From positions 1 through 27,381 of IMG/VR virus record IMGVR_UViG_3300023301_000076: a DNA stretch of 27,381 nt, one strand, 5' to 3'. This document shows, piece by piece, positions 18,628-27,034 of the stretch (the stretch's first letter is position 1; every line of letters starts with the position of its first letter). This stretch comes from a virus. Taxonomy: Duplodnaviria; Caudoviricetes. The position numbers and the translations under genes are program-made. Under the pieces are notes generated by a model, which worked only from the letters and a program-made list of their open reading frames with translations, did no database searches and had not been told where the DNA came from.

Positions 18628-18867
18628 CTAAACTGCTTTTACATATTTACTTATCAGCTTCTCAATTGCATCATGCAGTGCTGCTTTAGGTTTGCACTTA
18701 CCGATGAACCAGTTGTAAACCGTCTGACGACTAACTCCTAAAGCCTCAGAAACTTCAATGACTGGCACTTCGTATCGTATACAAATCCTACCTAGATCTA
18801 CCCCGATAAGCGTTGGGCTGGCTAGGCTATTTGATCTTACTATTCGCTGACTATATCCGTAACTCAT
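18628..18867 (-). CDS. Cro/XRE-like helix-turn-helix protein (79 aa)
   Basis: VIEVSEALGVSRQTVYNWFIG. SD AGGAG. Confidence 0.85.
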   Translation of the reverse strand: MSYGYSQRIVRSNSLASPTLIGVDLGRICIRYEVPVIEVSEALGVSRQTVYNWFIGKCKPKAALHDAIEKLISKYVKAV

Positions 18868-18875
18868 AATGGCTC

Positions 18876-19772
18876 CTAGTCGTCGCTACCCCAGTCGTCC
18901 ACAACCGAAGCAAGATCTTTCTTAGGGGCCGTTGATACTTCTGGCTTCTTGCTAGGGCGCTTGACTGGCTCTTCAAACTCTTCAGCGGCTTCAACAACTT
19001 GTGCCTTCGTAACTGGGGCTGGCAATTTTACAACACCGTCAGCTTGTGCAACAGTTACTCTAACTGCAAGTTTAGCTTCTGGGGACTCTATAGCCTTGGA
19101 CACAATATCAGCAAAGGACTGGTTGTCAACGTATCCCACTGCTTTAAACAGCAAAGACTGGTTGTCGTTATCTTCATTGAAACTAACCTCAGTGATCATG
19201 TCTTCAATGTTACGACCGTTGTTACCGATGAAGCTAGCGTAAGCCAAGAAAGGATACTCGCCGTTATCGCCCTTACCAAAGATTGACTTGGAAGCCAGAT
19301 TCATTTGATAAACTTCGCCTTCTACATTCGTGCCAATCTCATCAGCCAGAATAACTGCCATACGTTGCGAGTAGCGGCATGCCTTAGTAGTGCCTTGACC
19401 TGAACCAGATACATTCATAGGGCAGGTTGCGCAGCTAGTACCTTGTGGGTTTGCAACGCCAGCATCTGGAGTCTTACCGTTAGCCGATGAGCAGTCAGGT
19501 ATAGTTGCTTCCGCGTCTGGAGACCATGTCTTTGCATAGAACACACGTGATACATCTGGTGCTGCGTTAACAACCACAACTCTCAGATTGCCTTTGAGCT
19601 TACCAACTTCTGCACCATCTACGTTCTTACGGAAGATGCCGTTCTTAGACGAGATGCGTTTGATCTTAGTGCCTGTACCACCACCCTTCATGAGGGATTT
19701 AGTCAGTTCGCTAATGCCCTTCTTCTGGAGGAAGTCTGGGAGGTCTTGTTTAAAAATAGAAATTTCACTCAT
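18876..19772 (-). CDS. Putative single-stranded DNA-binding protein (298 aa)
   Basis: Acidic/aromatic C-terminal tail VVDDWGSDD after a flexible linker. Cys cluster (DCSS, CATCP, KACRY). Replication-module context. Confidence 0.55.
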   Translation of the reverse strand: MSEISIFKQDLPDFLQKKGISELTKSLMKGGGTGTKIKRISSKNGIFRKNVDGAEVGKLKGNLRVVVVNAAPDVSRVFYAKTWSPDAEATIPDCSSANGKTPDAGVANPQGTSCATCPMNVSGSGQGTTKACRYSQRMAVILADEIGTNVEGEVYQMNLASKSIFGKGDNGEYPFLAYASFIGNNGRNIEDMITEVSFNEDNDNQSLLFKAVGYVDNQSFADIVSKAIESPEAKLAVRVTVAQADGVVKLPAPVTKAQVVEAAEEFEEPVKRPSKKPEVSTAPKKDLASVVDDWGSDD

Positions 19773-20179
19773 TTGCTGCTCCTTCTAACAATTATCGTAT
19801 ACCGGCTATCTGATTGAAGACCGGCTGGGTGTACATCTGGATTCTCTTCCAAGAACTGCCGCACGTTAGCTTGGCTTAACCGCTTCTCAAATAATGCAAA
19901 TGCATTGTGTTCTGCGATAACCTTGTACATCGAATCCCAATCACTAGTCCAGTAACGTGTATCTACCTTCCTAATGATCGTCCCTGCATTTGTGCGGATA
20001 CTATCTGCACCGTTCTCTTTACATATTTCCAACATCTCAGCGGAAAGAATATCTAGCTGTGATCTAAGTTCCGCATCTTTCTCCTCGTACGCCTGCTTTA
20101 TTTCTGCCCGCTTGTCTCGCACCTTAATATAAATATTAGCTAAAGTATCTGCGGGGTAATCCTTTACATCATCTGTCAT
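19769..20179 (-). CDS. Phage replication-module protein, possibly Gam/gp157-like (136 aa, start revised)
   Basis: ATG at 20179 has SD AGGAGAG and lies downstream of a promoter. N-terminal coiled coil, then SIRTNAGT...DWDSMY...EKRLSQ...HPAGL. Confidence 0.6.
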   Translation of the reverse strand: MTDDVKDYPADTLANIYIKVRDKRAEIKQAYEEKDAELRSQLDILSAEMLEICKENGADSIRTNAGTIIRKVDTRYWTSDWDSMYKVIAEHNAFALFEKRLSQANVRQFLEENPDVHPAGLQSDSRYTIIVRRSSK

Positions 20180-20219
20180 ATCAACTCTCCTAGTGGGGTA
20201 ATTGCATCCCGGAGTAACC

Positions 20220-20247
20220 ATTCTATACAAGCTATAGACTTTGTCAA
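20220..20247 (-). promoter_or_regulatory. Sigma70-like promoter for the SSB-like gene group
   Basis: TTGACA (20247-20242, contains the helicase TGA stop), 16-nt spacer, TAGAAT (20225-20220). Confidence 0.75.
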
Positions 20248-21809
20248 GATGTTTCTGTAATTTCTTGTCTATATAAATCAATAATTCTTGTGTGGTTCTC
20301 AATGTTATTACGCAGCATCTTGTACAACCTAGTCTCTACTTCGCTACCCTTGATATGCACAATCGTCATTGGGTTCTTTTGCCCCGGCCTATTAATACGT
20401 GCGTTCGCTTGTAGATACGTCTCTACACTTGTTACCGGTGCATACCAAATGATCGTATTCGCTGCCGTCAATGTAAGCCCATGCGATGCTGCTTGTGGTT
20501 GGATGATAAGCACTCGTGGTGTCTCATCATTTTGAAACCGTTGAATAATATCGTCTCGCTTACTTACAGGAACCTTACCGCTTATCACATCGCAAGTTAT
20601 GTTGTGCTTAGTTAAGTACGTGTGCAGTAGCTCGATGGTATGGGTGAAGGGCACAAAAACTAACACCTTGTTAGATGCTTCCTCAATAACTTCACGCACC
20701 ACCTGCAGCCGGTTGCTTACGTCAAACTCAACTACTTCACGGGTGTCGGAGTAGACAGCACCACCAGAAATCTGCAACAACTTATTAATCTGTACCGCTG
20801 CATTGACTGAACTAATCTCCTCACCACCTGCACTGATCATCATCTGTTTCTTCAACAGCTTGTAATACTTATCTTGTTGCGGGGTTAGTGGGGCATCGCG
20901 CTCTATGTGCGTTACGTCTGGCAGGTCTAGGCACTGCGACTTCTCAAATCTAATCGCCGGTTGTAAAGCGTTATGCACAATAGCATCTGCGTTCCTACGT
21001 GGAACCCAACGGAACTGGCCGAACTTCTCCATCACTTGATCACGGAACTGCCCAAAGAACTTAGGCACACTAGCAGGGTTAACAAGCCTAGCTAAACCAT
21101 AAGCATCCACAGGGGACTGCGAAGCAGGTGTACCTGTCAGCATCCACAGCCACTTGTCGGCGGTCATTACCTTGTTCAATACTTTCCATCGTTTAGTCTG
21201 CGCGTTCTTATATCCCGATGCCTCATCGACTACGATCAGATCGAACCGCCCGTCTTCCACAACTGTATCTTTTACTATCTCTAGGCCATCAAAGTTAATA
21301 ACTACAAACTCTGCGTTGCCCTTAATAATCTTCTCGCGGGTAGTTCTACTGCCATAAGCGATGTCACAGGTACGATGTACTGCGAAACGGAACAAGTCCT
21401 GCTGCCATGCAGACTTCATGATGGACAACGGGCATATGATCAACACACGGCGAATCAACCCCAACTGCATCAAGTAGTCAGCCGCCCAGATAACCGCTGC
21501 GGTCTTACCAGTGCCTTGCTCGTTAAAGCAAAACGCCTTCTTGTTAAGTGTAAGGAATGCCGCTGTTTCTTTCTGATGTGCAAACGGCTTGAACTGTCCC
21601 GGCCATTCGTAGTCACGGCTCAGTGGAGAAGGCACGTTCTTAATTCGCAGTCGGGTCAACGCTTGCGCTTCGTCTAGCCCCCAATGTACGGCTACATCAT
21701 GCAGACCATCCCCTAGCTCGCCAACTACCTTGCTCTTCTTTACGCTATCTGTAATTAGGTGCGGCCTTCTGGTGCGCACAACTAAAGTCTTATTATTTAA
21801 AATCTGCAT
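20244..21809 (-). CDS. SNF2-family (SF2) helicase (521 aa)
   Basis: Q motif PFAHQ, Walker A EQGTGKT, DEAS, LTGTP, HGLTLTAA, QANARINRPGQ. Confidence 0.93.
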   Translation of the reverse strand: MQILNNKTLVVRTRRPHLITDSVKKSKVVGELGDGLHDVAVHWGLDEAQALTRLRIKNVPSPLSRDYEWPGQFKPFAHQKETAAFLTLNKKAFCFNEQGTGKTAAVIWAADYLMQLGLIRRVLIICPLSIMKSAWQQDLFRFAVHRTCDIAYGSRTTREKIIKGNAEFVVINFDGLEIVKDTVVEDGRFDLIVVDEASGYKNAQTKRWKVLNKVMTADKWLWMLTGTPASQSPVDAYGLARLVNPASVPKFFGQFRDQVMEKFGQFRWVPRRNADAIVHNALQPAIRFEKSQCLDLPDVTHIERDAPLTPQQDKYYKLLKKQMMISAGGEEISSVNAAVQINKLLQISGGAVYSDTREVVEFDVSNRLQVVREVIEEASNKVLVFVPFTHTIELLHTYLTKHNITCDVISGKVPVSKRDDIIQRFQNDETPRVLIIQPQAASHGLTLTAANTIIWYAPVTSVETYLQANARINRPGQKNPMTIVHIKGSEVETRLYKMLRNNIENHTRIIDLYRQEITETS

Positions 21810-21818
21810 GGGGTAGGA

Positions 21819-22058
21819 TTACTTGCCGTTGTCTGACTGGTTAGCCTTCTTACTACGCAAACGCAGGTTACCTTTTACGGTTTTGCCACCTTCGCGCAAT
21901 GGTTTGATATGGTCGATGTCTTTACCAGCACGATCAATACCCTTCTTGTCATACAACCTACGCGCACGTTGGCGTTCATGTTGGTCTGAATCAACCCCAG
22001 ATTTACCGGTCTCCAGATCTCGTACGTATTCTTTTTTGTAATCGCGTTTCGTTGCCAT
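21819..22058 (-). CDS. Small HNH-motif protein (79 aa)
   Basis: DIDHIKPLREGG...NLRLRSKKAN. SD GAGG. Confidence 0.8.
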   Translation of the reverse strand: MATKRDYKKEYVRDLETGKSGVDSDQHERQRARRLYDKKGIDRAGKDIDHIKPLREGGKTVKGNLRLRSKKANQSDNGK

Positions 22059-22061
22059 GAT

Positions 22062-22739
22062 TTACCTCTTCCTATAATGTTGACAATCAGTTACTGGGCA
22101 GTACCCACAGAGTGGGCTTGAATTTGGGTTCCATACGTTGTTCTTTATCGCTGCTTCTAGTCGGTCTAGTTGGGGCTGCATGATTGCCATATACGAAGAG
22201 CGGAACATAAACTCATGCTTCTTCTTAACAATCTCTCCGCTAACTACAAACAACAAAGCAGACTTAATTATGTTTATCTTAGGGAAGTGAGTAAATACCG
22301 CACCGGCTAATAGGTCAAGCTGCTTAGGGTCTGCGTACTTAGCGTTCTTACTTGTCTTGTAGTCCACAAGATGGGCAAGCCCCTTTTCCTCGTTGATGAT
22401 TACTAAGTCGGCAATACCACGCCACCAAACATTCTTATCAAAAAACCCGCATGGTGCGTACTTACCATCGACCTTCTTAACGCCCAGTTGCATCTCGCAA
22501 TGCTTCTCACCCGGAATCTTTTTAAGTACCTCAAGGGTGGGGCGGATGAAGTCGTACTTGGCAGGGATAGGTGTATCTAGCTTAATAAAATCCTCTGCCG
22601 CTTTGTGTACTTCCTTACCGTAGATGGTAGCCGTTGAGTCGCCATCCTTAACATCCTTGAGCACCTTTAAGTGGTAATACTTCTTAGGGCATTGCTCGAA
22701 AGTCTTAATGCTGCTGTACGACCAAGCCGGTACTGTCAT
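22062..22739 (-). CDS. PD-(D/E)XK Cas4/RecB-like nuclease (225 aa, start revised)
   Basis: WSYSS...CP, GKEVH, RGIADL, VDYKT, CGYCPVTDC (1+3 Cys arrangement). ATG at 22739 forms an ATGA overlap and has AAGGAAG upstream. Confidence 0.88.
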   Translation of the reverse strand: MTVPAWSYSSIKTFEQCPKKYYHLKVLKDVKDGDSTATIYGKEVHKAAEDFIKLDTPIPAKYDFIRPTLEVLKKIPGEKHCEMQLGVKKVDGKYAPCGFFDKNVWWRGIADLVIINEEKGLAHLVDYKTSKNAKYADPKQLDLLAGAVFTHFPKINIIKSALLFVVSGEIVKKKHEFMFRSSYMAIMQPQLDRLEAAIKNNVWNPNSSPLCGYCPVTDCQHYRKR

Positions 22740-22939
22740 ATCTTCCTTTGGCAACTAAACGCTTGAATCTCTACACGGAACACACCAGCAAACTTACAGT
22801 CCGCAACGATACGGCTTTCGGTATTAGTACTGCCGATGAACATCCCAAGAATAAATAGCAGCACAGCAACCATAGACTGCGCCCACCACTCCCGTACCAC
22901 TGCCCAAATTTTGTGCAGGTTAATAAATTCAGGGGTCAT
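22736..22939 (-). CDS. Small single-pass membrane protein (67 aa; alternative start at 22975)
   Basis: Hydrophobic stretch WWAQSMVAVLLFILGMFIGS, two C-terminal Cys, SD GAGGAG before the ATG at 22939. Confidence 0.7.
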   Translation of the reverse strand: MTPEFINLHKIWAVVREWWAQSMVAVLLFILGMFIGSTNTESRIVADCKFAGVFRVEIQAFSCQRKI

Positions 22940-22968
22940 TTGTTTACGCTCCTCAACTGTTGGTTTTT

Positions 22969-24792
22969 TTAGCATTCTCCGTAACTCCTTCCAAATCCTG
23001 ATTCACAGTTCAAGGGCAAGTCCGTAGCCCACGGTGGTCGTATCTTCATGCACAGTTCAACAAACTCCTGCGCGGTTTTAACTTCATCTTCTGGTACTAC
23101 GCAAGCAACCGCATCATGTACCGTACCGACTACCTTGTACTTCTTAGCAATCAGTAGCATCTGCTTACCGATAATGATTCGGGCTAAGGCTTGGCAGCAG
23201 TTCTCAACTACCTTACCTCCGTATATCCTATTTGGTATGATCGCTCTCCCCCTCTTCGTATCGTACACTATCTCAGTGCTATAGTCTTCGCTTACAAGCA
23301 CACGCAGGTTAGGGTATTTGATATACATCTTGTTGGGGAGCTTAATACCTTTCTTACCCTCTACTTCCAGCGCACCTTCTTTACCTAGCGGGGAAGTCTT
23401 ATCCTCCATTATCGCGCTCAGTGCCTTATTCGCCTGCTTCCACAACGCTGGTATCTTTGGGTATGTTTCGCGGTAAACCCTGATAATGCGCTGACACTCC
23501 TCTAGCTCTAGCACAACCCCAAACGTCTTTAGCTGCGACTGAAACTTCTCAGCCCCCATGCCGTAGCCACACCCAAGGATTGTTGTCTTACCTACAAATC
23601 TTTCATCTTTGGTAATATCTGACACTTTCTTGCTATAGATACTAGCGGCCATAATCTTATAGACATCCTCCCCACGCTCGAACGCTTCTACCAAGTCGTC
23701 CTGTCCAGCTAACCACGCAAGCACTCGCGCCTCGATCTGTGAGGAGTCGGAGTCAATCATCATCATGCCCGACGGGGCTAGAATCGCTCGTTTAATCAGG
23801 CTATTACGACCCAAGTTCTGCAAGTTTAGCTTCTCGTCCCCACCCCAACGCCCCGTATGTGCAGCGTAGTATCTCAGCGGTACAGGCAATGTCCCCCGTA
23901 CAGAGATGTCAATAAACCTAGCCGTACGTGTCTCTTCCAACGTAGATTTAACACCCAGCCTAGCAGCTACGATAGCCTGCACAATAGGATTCTCGTGATC
24001 TAACAACGCCTTAAACTCTTCGTCGCTCTTCGCAAAGGCGTAAGTTTCTTTATTTGTAGTCTTGCTAATCTTTGTAGGTGGTACTACACCCAGCGACTGA
24101 AGTACTGCGGCAAGCCTTGGGTTACTCATGAGATCGTCTTTCTCGATCAGCATCTTGTTCATAAGGTCTTGCTTTGTTGCTTGCACGTTCGTCAGGTGAT
24201 CTAACAAGATGTTAGTATCCAGCTCCAGTACTGGCTCCGAAAACATACGGATAGTCAGGTCGATCAACCGAAACTCAGACGGAACAAACTGTGGCTTGAA
24301 TATCTTGAACAGCTCTAACGTCAGGTGGCAGTCGTTCTTGCAATACTCGCCGTAAGCTGCCAACTCTTCCGCAGTAAAATCTATACGCCGCTTACCTAGC
24401 GCATTAACAACCTCTGTACCCTTCTCCCCAATTTTGTAGTACTCAGCCAATGCGGCTAGGCTGCCGCCCACCTCAATAGAATGGATTGCACGTGCCATAC
24501 TGAGTGTATCAAGCCAACCCCTAGGGCGAATATCAAATACCCAGTTAAGAATAGCGGCATCAAACATAGCGTTATGAGCCAGCACAAGGCAGTCTTGCAA
24601 ATTAAAAGAATCGAGGTGGGCTTTAATTTCTTTGTGTGTGCCTGAGAACCATACTGCATCCTCTCCGTCTTCTTTAATTCCCACCCCGATGGTTTCAAAT
24701 CGTTCATCACGTACGTACTCCTCAGTAGTTATCTTGGATAGGCTAAACGCCTTGTCGTAGTAGGTCTCAAAGTCTAGTGCAATGATCTTCAT
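22969..24792 (-). CDS. polA: Phage family A DNA polymerase with 3'-5' exonuclease and no 5'-3' exonuclease (607 aa)
   Basis: Exo motifs DFET, HNAMFD, YCKND. HTGRW, NLQNL, motif A DSSQIEAR, motif B RFVGKTTILGCGYG, motif C TVHDAV. Confidence 0.96.
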   Translation of the reverse strand: MKIIALDFETYYDKAFSLSKITTEEYVRDERFETIGVGIKEDGEDAVWFSGTHKEIKAHLDSFNLQDCLVLAHNAMFDAAILNWVFDIRPRGWLDTLSMARAIHSIEVGGSLAALAEYYKIGEKGTEVVNALGKRRIDFTAEELAAYGEYCKNDCHLTLELFKIFKPQFVPSEFRLIDLTIRMFSEPVLELDTNILLDHLTNVQATKQDLMNKMLIEKDDLMSNPRLAAVLQSLGVVPPTKISKTTNKETYAFAKSDEEFKALLDHENPIVQAIVAARLGVKSTLEETRTARFIDISVRGTLPVPLRYYAAHTGRWGGDEKLNLQNLGRNSLIKRAILAPSGMMMIDSDSSQIEARVLAWLAGQDDLVEAFERGEDVYKIMAASIYSKKVSDITKDERFVGKTTILGCGYGMGAEKFQSQLKTFGVVLELEECQRIIRVYRETYPKIPALWKQANKALSAIMEDKTSPLGKEGALEVEGKKGIKLPNKMYIKYPNLRVLVSEDYSTEIVYDTKRGRAIIPNRIYGGKVVENCCQALARIIIGKQMLLIAKKYKVVGTVHDAVACVVPEDEVKTAQEFVELCMKIRPPWATDLPLNCESGFGRSYGEC

Positions 24793-25184
24793 TTATACCC
24801 CGCCGCTATAGAAGTGCCATACGCCACGGCATCTTTAAGTTTTTGCTGGGAGCCTGTAATTGGGTACGACAGTCGCGCTTGATTACCTTCAAACATATCC
24901 ATCTGCGGATCATTAGCAAGCAGCTTCTCCATTACCAAAGCATCAAACATAGGCCGCCCCGCTTCTATCAGTGCTTTATGTAGCGCGTTTATTTCTTCGT
25001 CGGAAAGAGCACGTGTAAACCATCTTCGTACGCCGACACTTTTATTGGCGGCTTGGTGGTCTAGCACATGAAATACTTCAGAAACTAACTCGCCCCACCT
25101 GCGGTTATCTATATGAAACTCTTCTGGGTGGCTCTTCATCCTAGCAAGCAACAACTTAACCCCTACACAAAATTCTTCGCTCAT
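24789..25184 (-). CDS. Hypothetical phage protein (131 aa)
   Basis: ATGA-coupled on both sides. SD AAGGAG. Contains QMDMF. Confidence 0.75.
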   Translation of the reverse strand: MSEEFCVGVKLLLARMKSHPEEFHIDNRRWGELVSEVFHVLDHQAANKSVGVRRWFTRALSDEEINALHKALIEAGRPMFDALVMEKLLANDPQMDMFEGNQARLSYPITGSQQKLKDAVAYGTSIAAGYK

Positions 25185-25477
25185 GCTGTTAGCTCCTTCA
25201 ATATTGTTTCGAGCAACTCTAAGTTTGTCTCGTTAATCACCACAGCTATACCCCGTGCGGTTTGGATTGCCTTGATCTCCCTGTCTTGCAGGGCTGTCGT
25301 TGTGTTCTTACCGGCCTTACATTCCACTGCTACAAACTTACCTCTAACGCAGCACACTACATCTGGCACACCTGAACGTCCCATACCATGCGTAGCAGGG
25401 AAGAAGTAATACGCCTCGTGTGCTTTAAGCAGTTTAACAACCTGCGCCTTTGTTCTACCTTCGGGTGTCATAGCCAT
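25181..25477 (-). CDS. VRR-NUC nuclease (98 aa)
   Basis: TPEG...GVPDVV...AVECKA...TALQ, the VRR-NUC PD-(D/E)XK pattern. Confidence 0.9.
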   Translation of the reverse strand: MAMTPEGRTKAQVVKLLKAHEAYYFFPATHGMGRSGVPDVVCCVRGKFVAVECKAGKNTTTALQDREIKAIQTARGIAVVINETNLELLETILKELTA

Positions 25478-25480
25478 CGT

Positions 25481-25508
25481 AGTGTACCTGTTAGTTTTAC
25501 TTTGTCAA
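25481..25508 (-). promoter_or_regulatory. Sigma70-like promoter for the VRR-NUC/polymerase gene group
   Basis: TTGACA (25508-25503), 16-nt spacer, TACACT (25486-25481). Confidence 0.75.
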
Positions 25509-25534
25509 TAGAGTAAGGCGAGTTTCCCCGCCCC
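25509..25534 (-). terminator. GAAA-tetraloop hairpin, possible weak terminator
   Basis: The - strand reads GGCGGG-GAAA-CUCGCC then UUACUCUAUU (poor U-tract), just after the DUF3310-like gene. Confidence 0.45.
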
Positions 25535-25538
25535 CATA

Positions 25539-26069
25539 CTACCGTGATTGCAGCTCTTCATTCAAGTACCAGATCGCCTTCTCGATGTCCTGCTTAAACA
25601 ACGCAGGGTTCTTCTTACCGGCGCGGCTAATATACTTCACTGCATTACCCAGATTAAATCCTAGTTCTTTGGCGCGGATAAAGTCGATAGTCTCGATACC
25701 ACCTGTCTTGTAATGCGCAGGGCTGTTAACCATGTCCTTAAACGAAGTGTTAGACGAAAAGAACCCACTAACCTTTTCCCACAAACTATGTGTGGTAGGG
25801 AACGTCTGTATTTCAAAACGCGCAGTGGCTGCGGGGGCTACTGTCTTCCCTGTCTTTAGCCATGTCTCAATATCAAACTCACCTTCATTTTTAACTTTCT
25901 TAGGACGGCCAGCCTTGCGCGAAGTTACCTCTATACCCTGCTTCATCTGCTTCTTAATTGAGTATACGTAAGCCGGTGTTACACCAAGGGTGTCAGCAAC
26001 TACAGATGCCTTTACGTTAGGGTTCTTATCGAACATAGCTTTAATCTTTGCGGCGTGGGACAAACTCAT
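25539..26069 (-). CDS. HTH plus DUF3310/SaV-like fusion protein (176 aa)
   Basis: N-terminal VVADTLGVTPAYVYSIKK, central RKAGRPKK, C-terminal DMVNSPAHY...IETIDFI...GNAVKYISRAGKK...DIEKAIWYL. Confidence 0.8.
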   Translation of the reverse strand: MSLSHAAKIKAMFDKNPNVKASVVADTLGVTPAYVYSIKKQMKQGIEVTSRKAGRPKKVKNEGEFDIETWLKTGKTVAPAATARFEIQTFPTTHSLWEKVSGFFSSNTSFKDMVNSPAHYKTGGIETIDFIRAKELGFNLGNAVKYISRAGKKNPALFKQDIEKAIWYLNEELQSR

Positions 26070-26071
26070 TT

Positions 26072-26434
26072 TTATTGCTCCTTAATATATTTAACTGCGG
26101 GGGCTTTGGATCTAACATATGTTAGGTTTAACAACTCTCGTTCCTTCTTCCTTACTAAGTACCTCTTACTGCGCTCTGAATCAGTCATGCGTGTTCTGGG
26201 GGTATCTTCACCCTTACCCATCTTGTAGATAGGCATTGAGTCACGGCCTAGTGTGTCTTTAGTCCAACCGCTAATATGCACAAGCCCATGCTTCTTGAAA
26301 CAGCGTAACAATTCGTATGCCGTCAGCTTGTGTATGCCACTAACTTCTACAATCTCTTGCACCGATACCGGCTTAACAAACAGCAGCTTAAAAACGTGTG
26401 CGTAAGTTTCTTGGTTCACTTTGTATTGCGTCAC
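26072..26434 (-). CDS. Putative winged-helix DNA-binding protein (120 aa)
   Basis: SVQEIVEVSGIHKLTAYELLRCFKKHGLVHISGW pattern and a basic C-terminus. Confidence 0.65.
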   Translation of the reverse strand: MTQYKVNQETYAHVFKLLFVKPVSVQEIVEVSGIHKLTAYELLRCFKKHGLVHISGWTKDTLGRDSMPIYKMGKGEDTPRTRMTDSERSKRYLVRKKERELLNLTYVRSKAPAVKYIKEQ

Positions 26435-26628
26435 TTAGTCTCCTGATAATCAACCCATCCTTCACGGGGGCTACACGTGTGTATGTGATCTAAATCAGGC
26501 GGCAACTTCTTACCACAGCGGTAGCACTGTTTCTTTTTAAAAATCCTGTCGTGCCCATCAGCATACGCATCGGTAGACACCTTGCTCTTAATCTCGTCGC
26601 CGGTTATGTCGTTCTTCGTAGCCATCAT
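26431..26628 (-). CDS. Small protein with a putative Zn finger (65 aa)
   Basis: KNDITGD...DRIF followed by CYRC...HTC. Overlap-coupled to both neighbours. Confidence 0.65.
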   Translation of the reverse strand: MMATKNDITGDEIKSKVSTDAYADGHDRIFKKKQCYRCGKKLPPDLDHIHTCSPREGWVDYQETK

Positions 26629-26849
26629 TTATCCTTCATCAGTGACATTAGTTCTGCGTTCATCTTAGCTAACGCCCATTTCTTACTACCCTCCGCTTGC
26701 ATCAACGCCAGTGCAAACAAGCAGAAGTTTTGCAGCTTATCTACTTCCGCCTCATCTATCTCACCGCTACGGATAGACCGAATAGCTTTCATCATGCCCG
26801 TTCGTGTTGCATCTACCTGCGCCCTCCAGTACGGGTCGATTGGTTTCAC
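26625..26849 (-). CDS. Hypothetical helical protein (74 aa)
   Basis: GTG start in a GTGA overlap. SD AAGGAGAAG. Confidence 0.7.
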   Translation of the reverse strand: MKPIDPYWRAQVDATRTGMMKAIRSIRSGEIDEAEVDKLQNFCLFALALMQAEGSKKWALAKMNAELMSLMKDK

Positions 26850-27034
26850 ATCTTCTCCTTCACGCTCTGCGGTATCTTAGGCTTCGGACACCACGCTATG
26901 CAGTCATCACTCCAGTTACCTACAATCAATACACCACCGGGGTTCAGTAGTAGCAGTGCAGTCCCCCTTGGTAGCGGGTGTATATCAGGGTCACGGAAGT
27001 ACAGTTCGTTCGTTGTTATAGGGCGGTCAGTCAT
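26846..27034 (-). CDS. Hypothetical protein, possibly DUF551-like (62 aa)
   Basis: PLPRGTALLLL...IAWCPKPK pattern. ATGA overlap at the start. Confidence 0.6.
   Translation of the reverse strand: MTDRPITTNELYFRDPDIHPLPRGTALLLLNPGGVLIVGNWSDDCIAWCPKPKIPQSVKEKM

Noticed and set aside
20180-20302. 41-aa N-terminal extension in track ORF 19769..20302
   Set aside because: It overlaps the helicase gene and spans a promoter. The ATG at 20179 has a strong SD.
21819-22058. HNH gene as a mobile intron or homing element
   Set aside because: It is free-standing between intact genes, very short, and leaves no flanking room for intron structure.
22062-22739. Cas4-like gene as part of a CRISPR-Cas system
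   Set aside because: No other cas genes or array. Stand-alone Cas4-like nucleases are common in phage replication modules.
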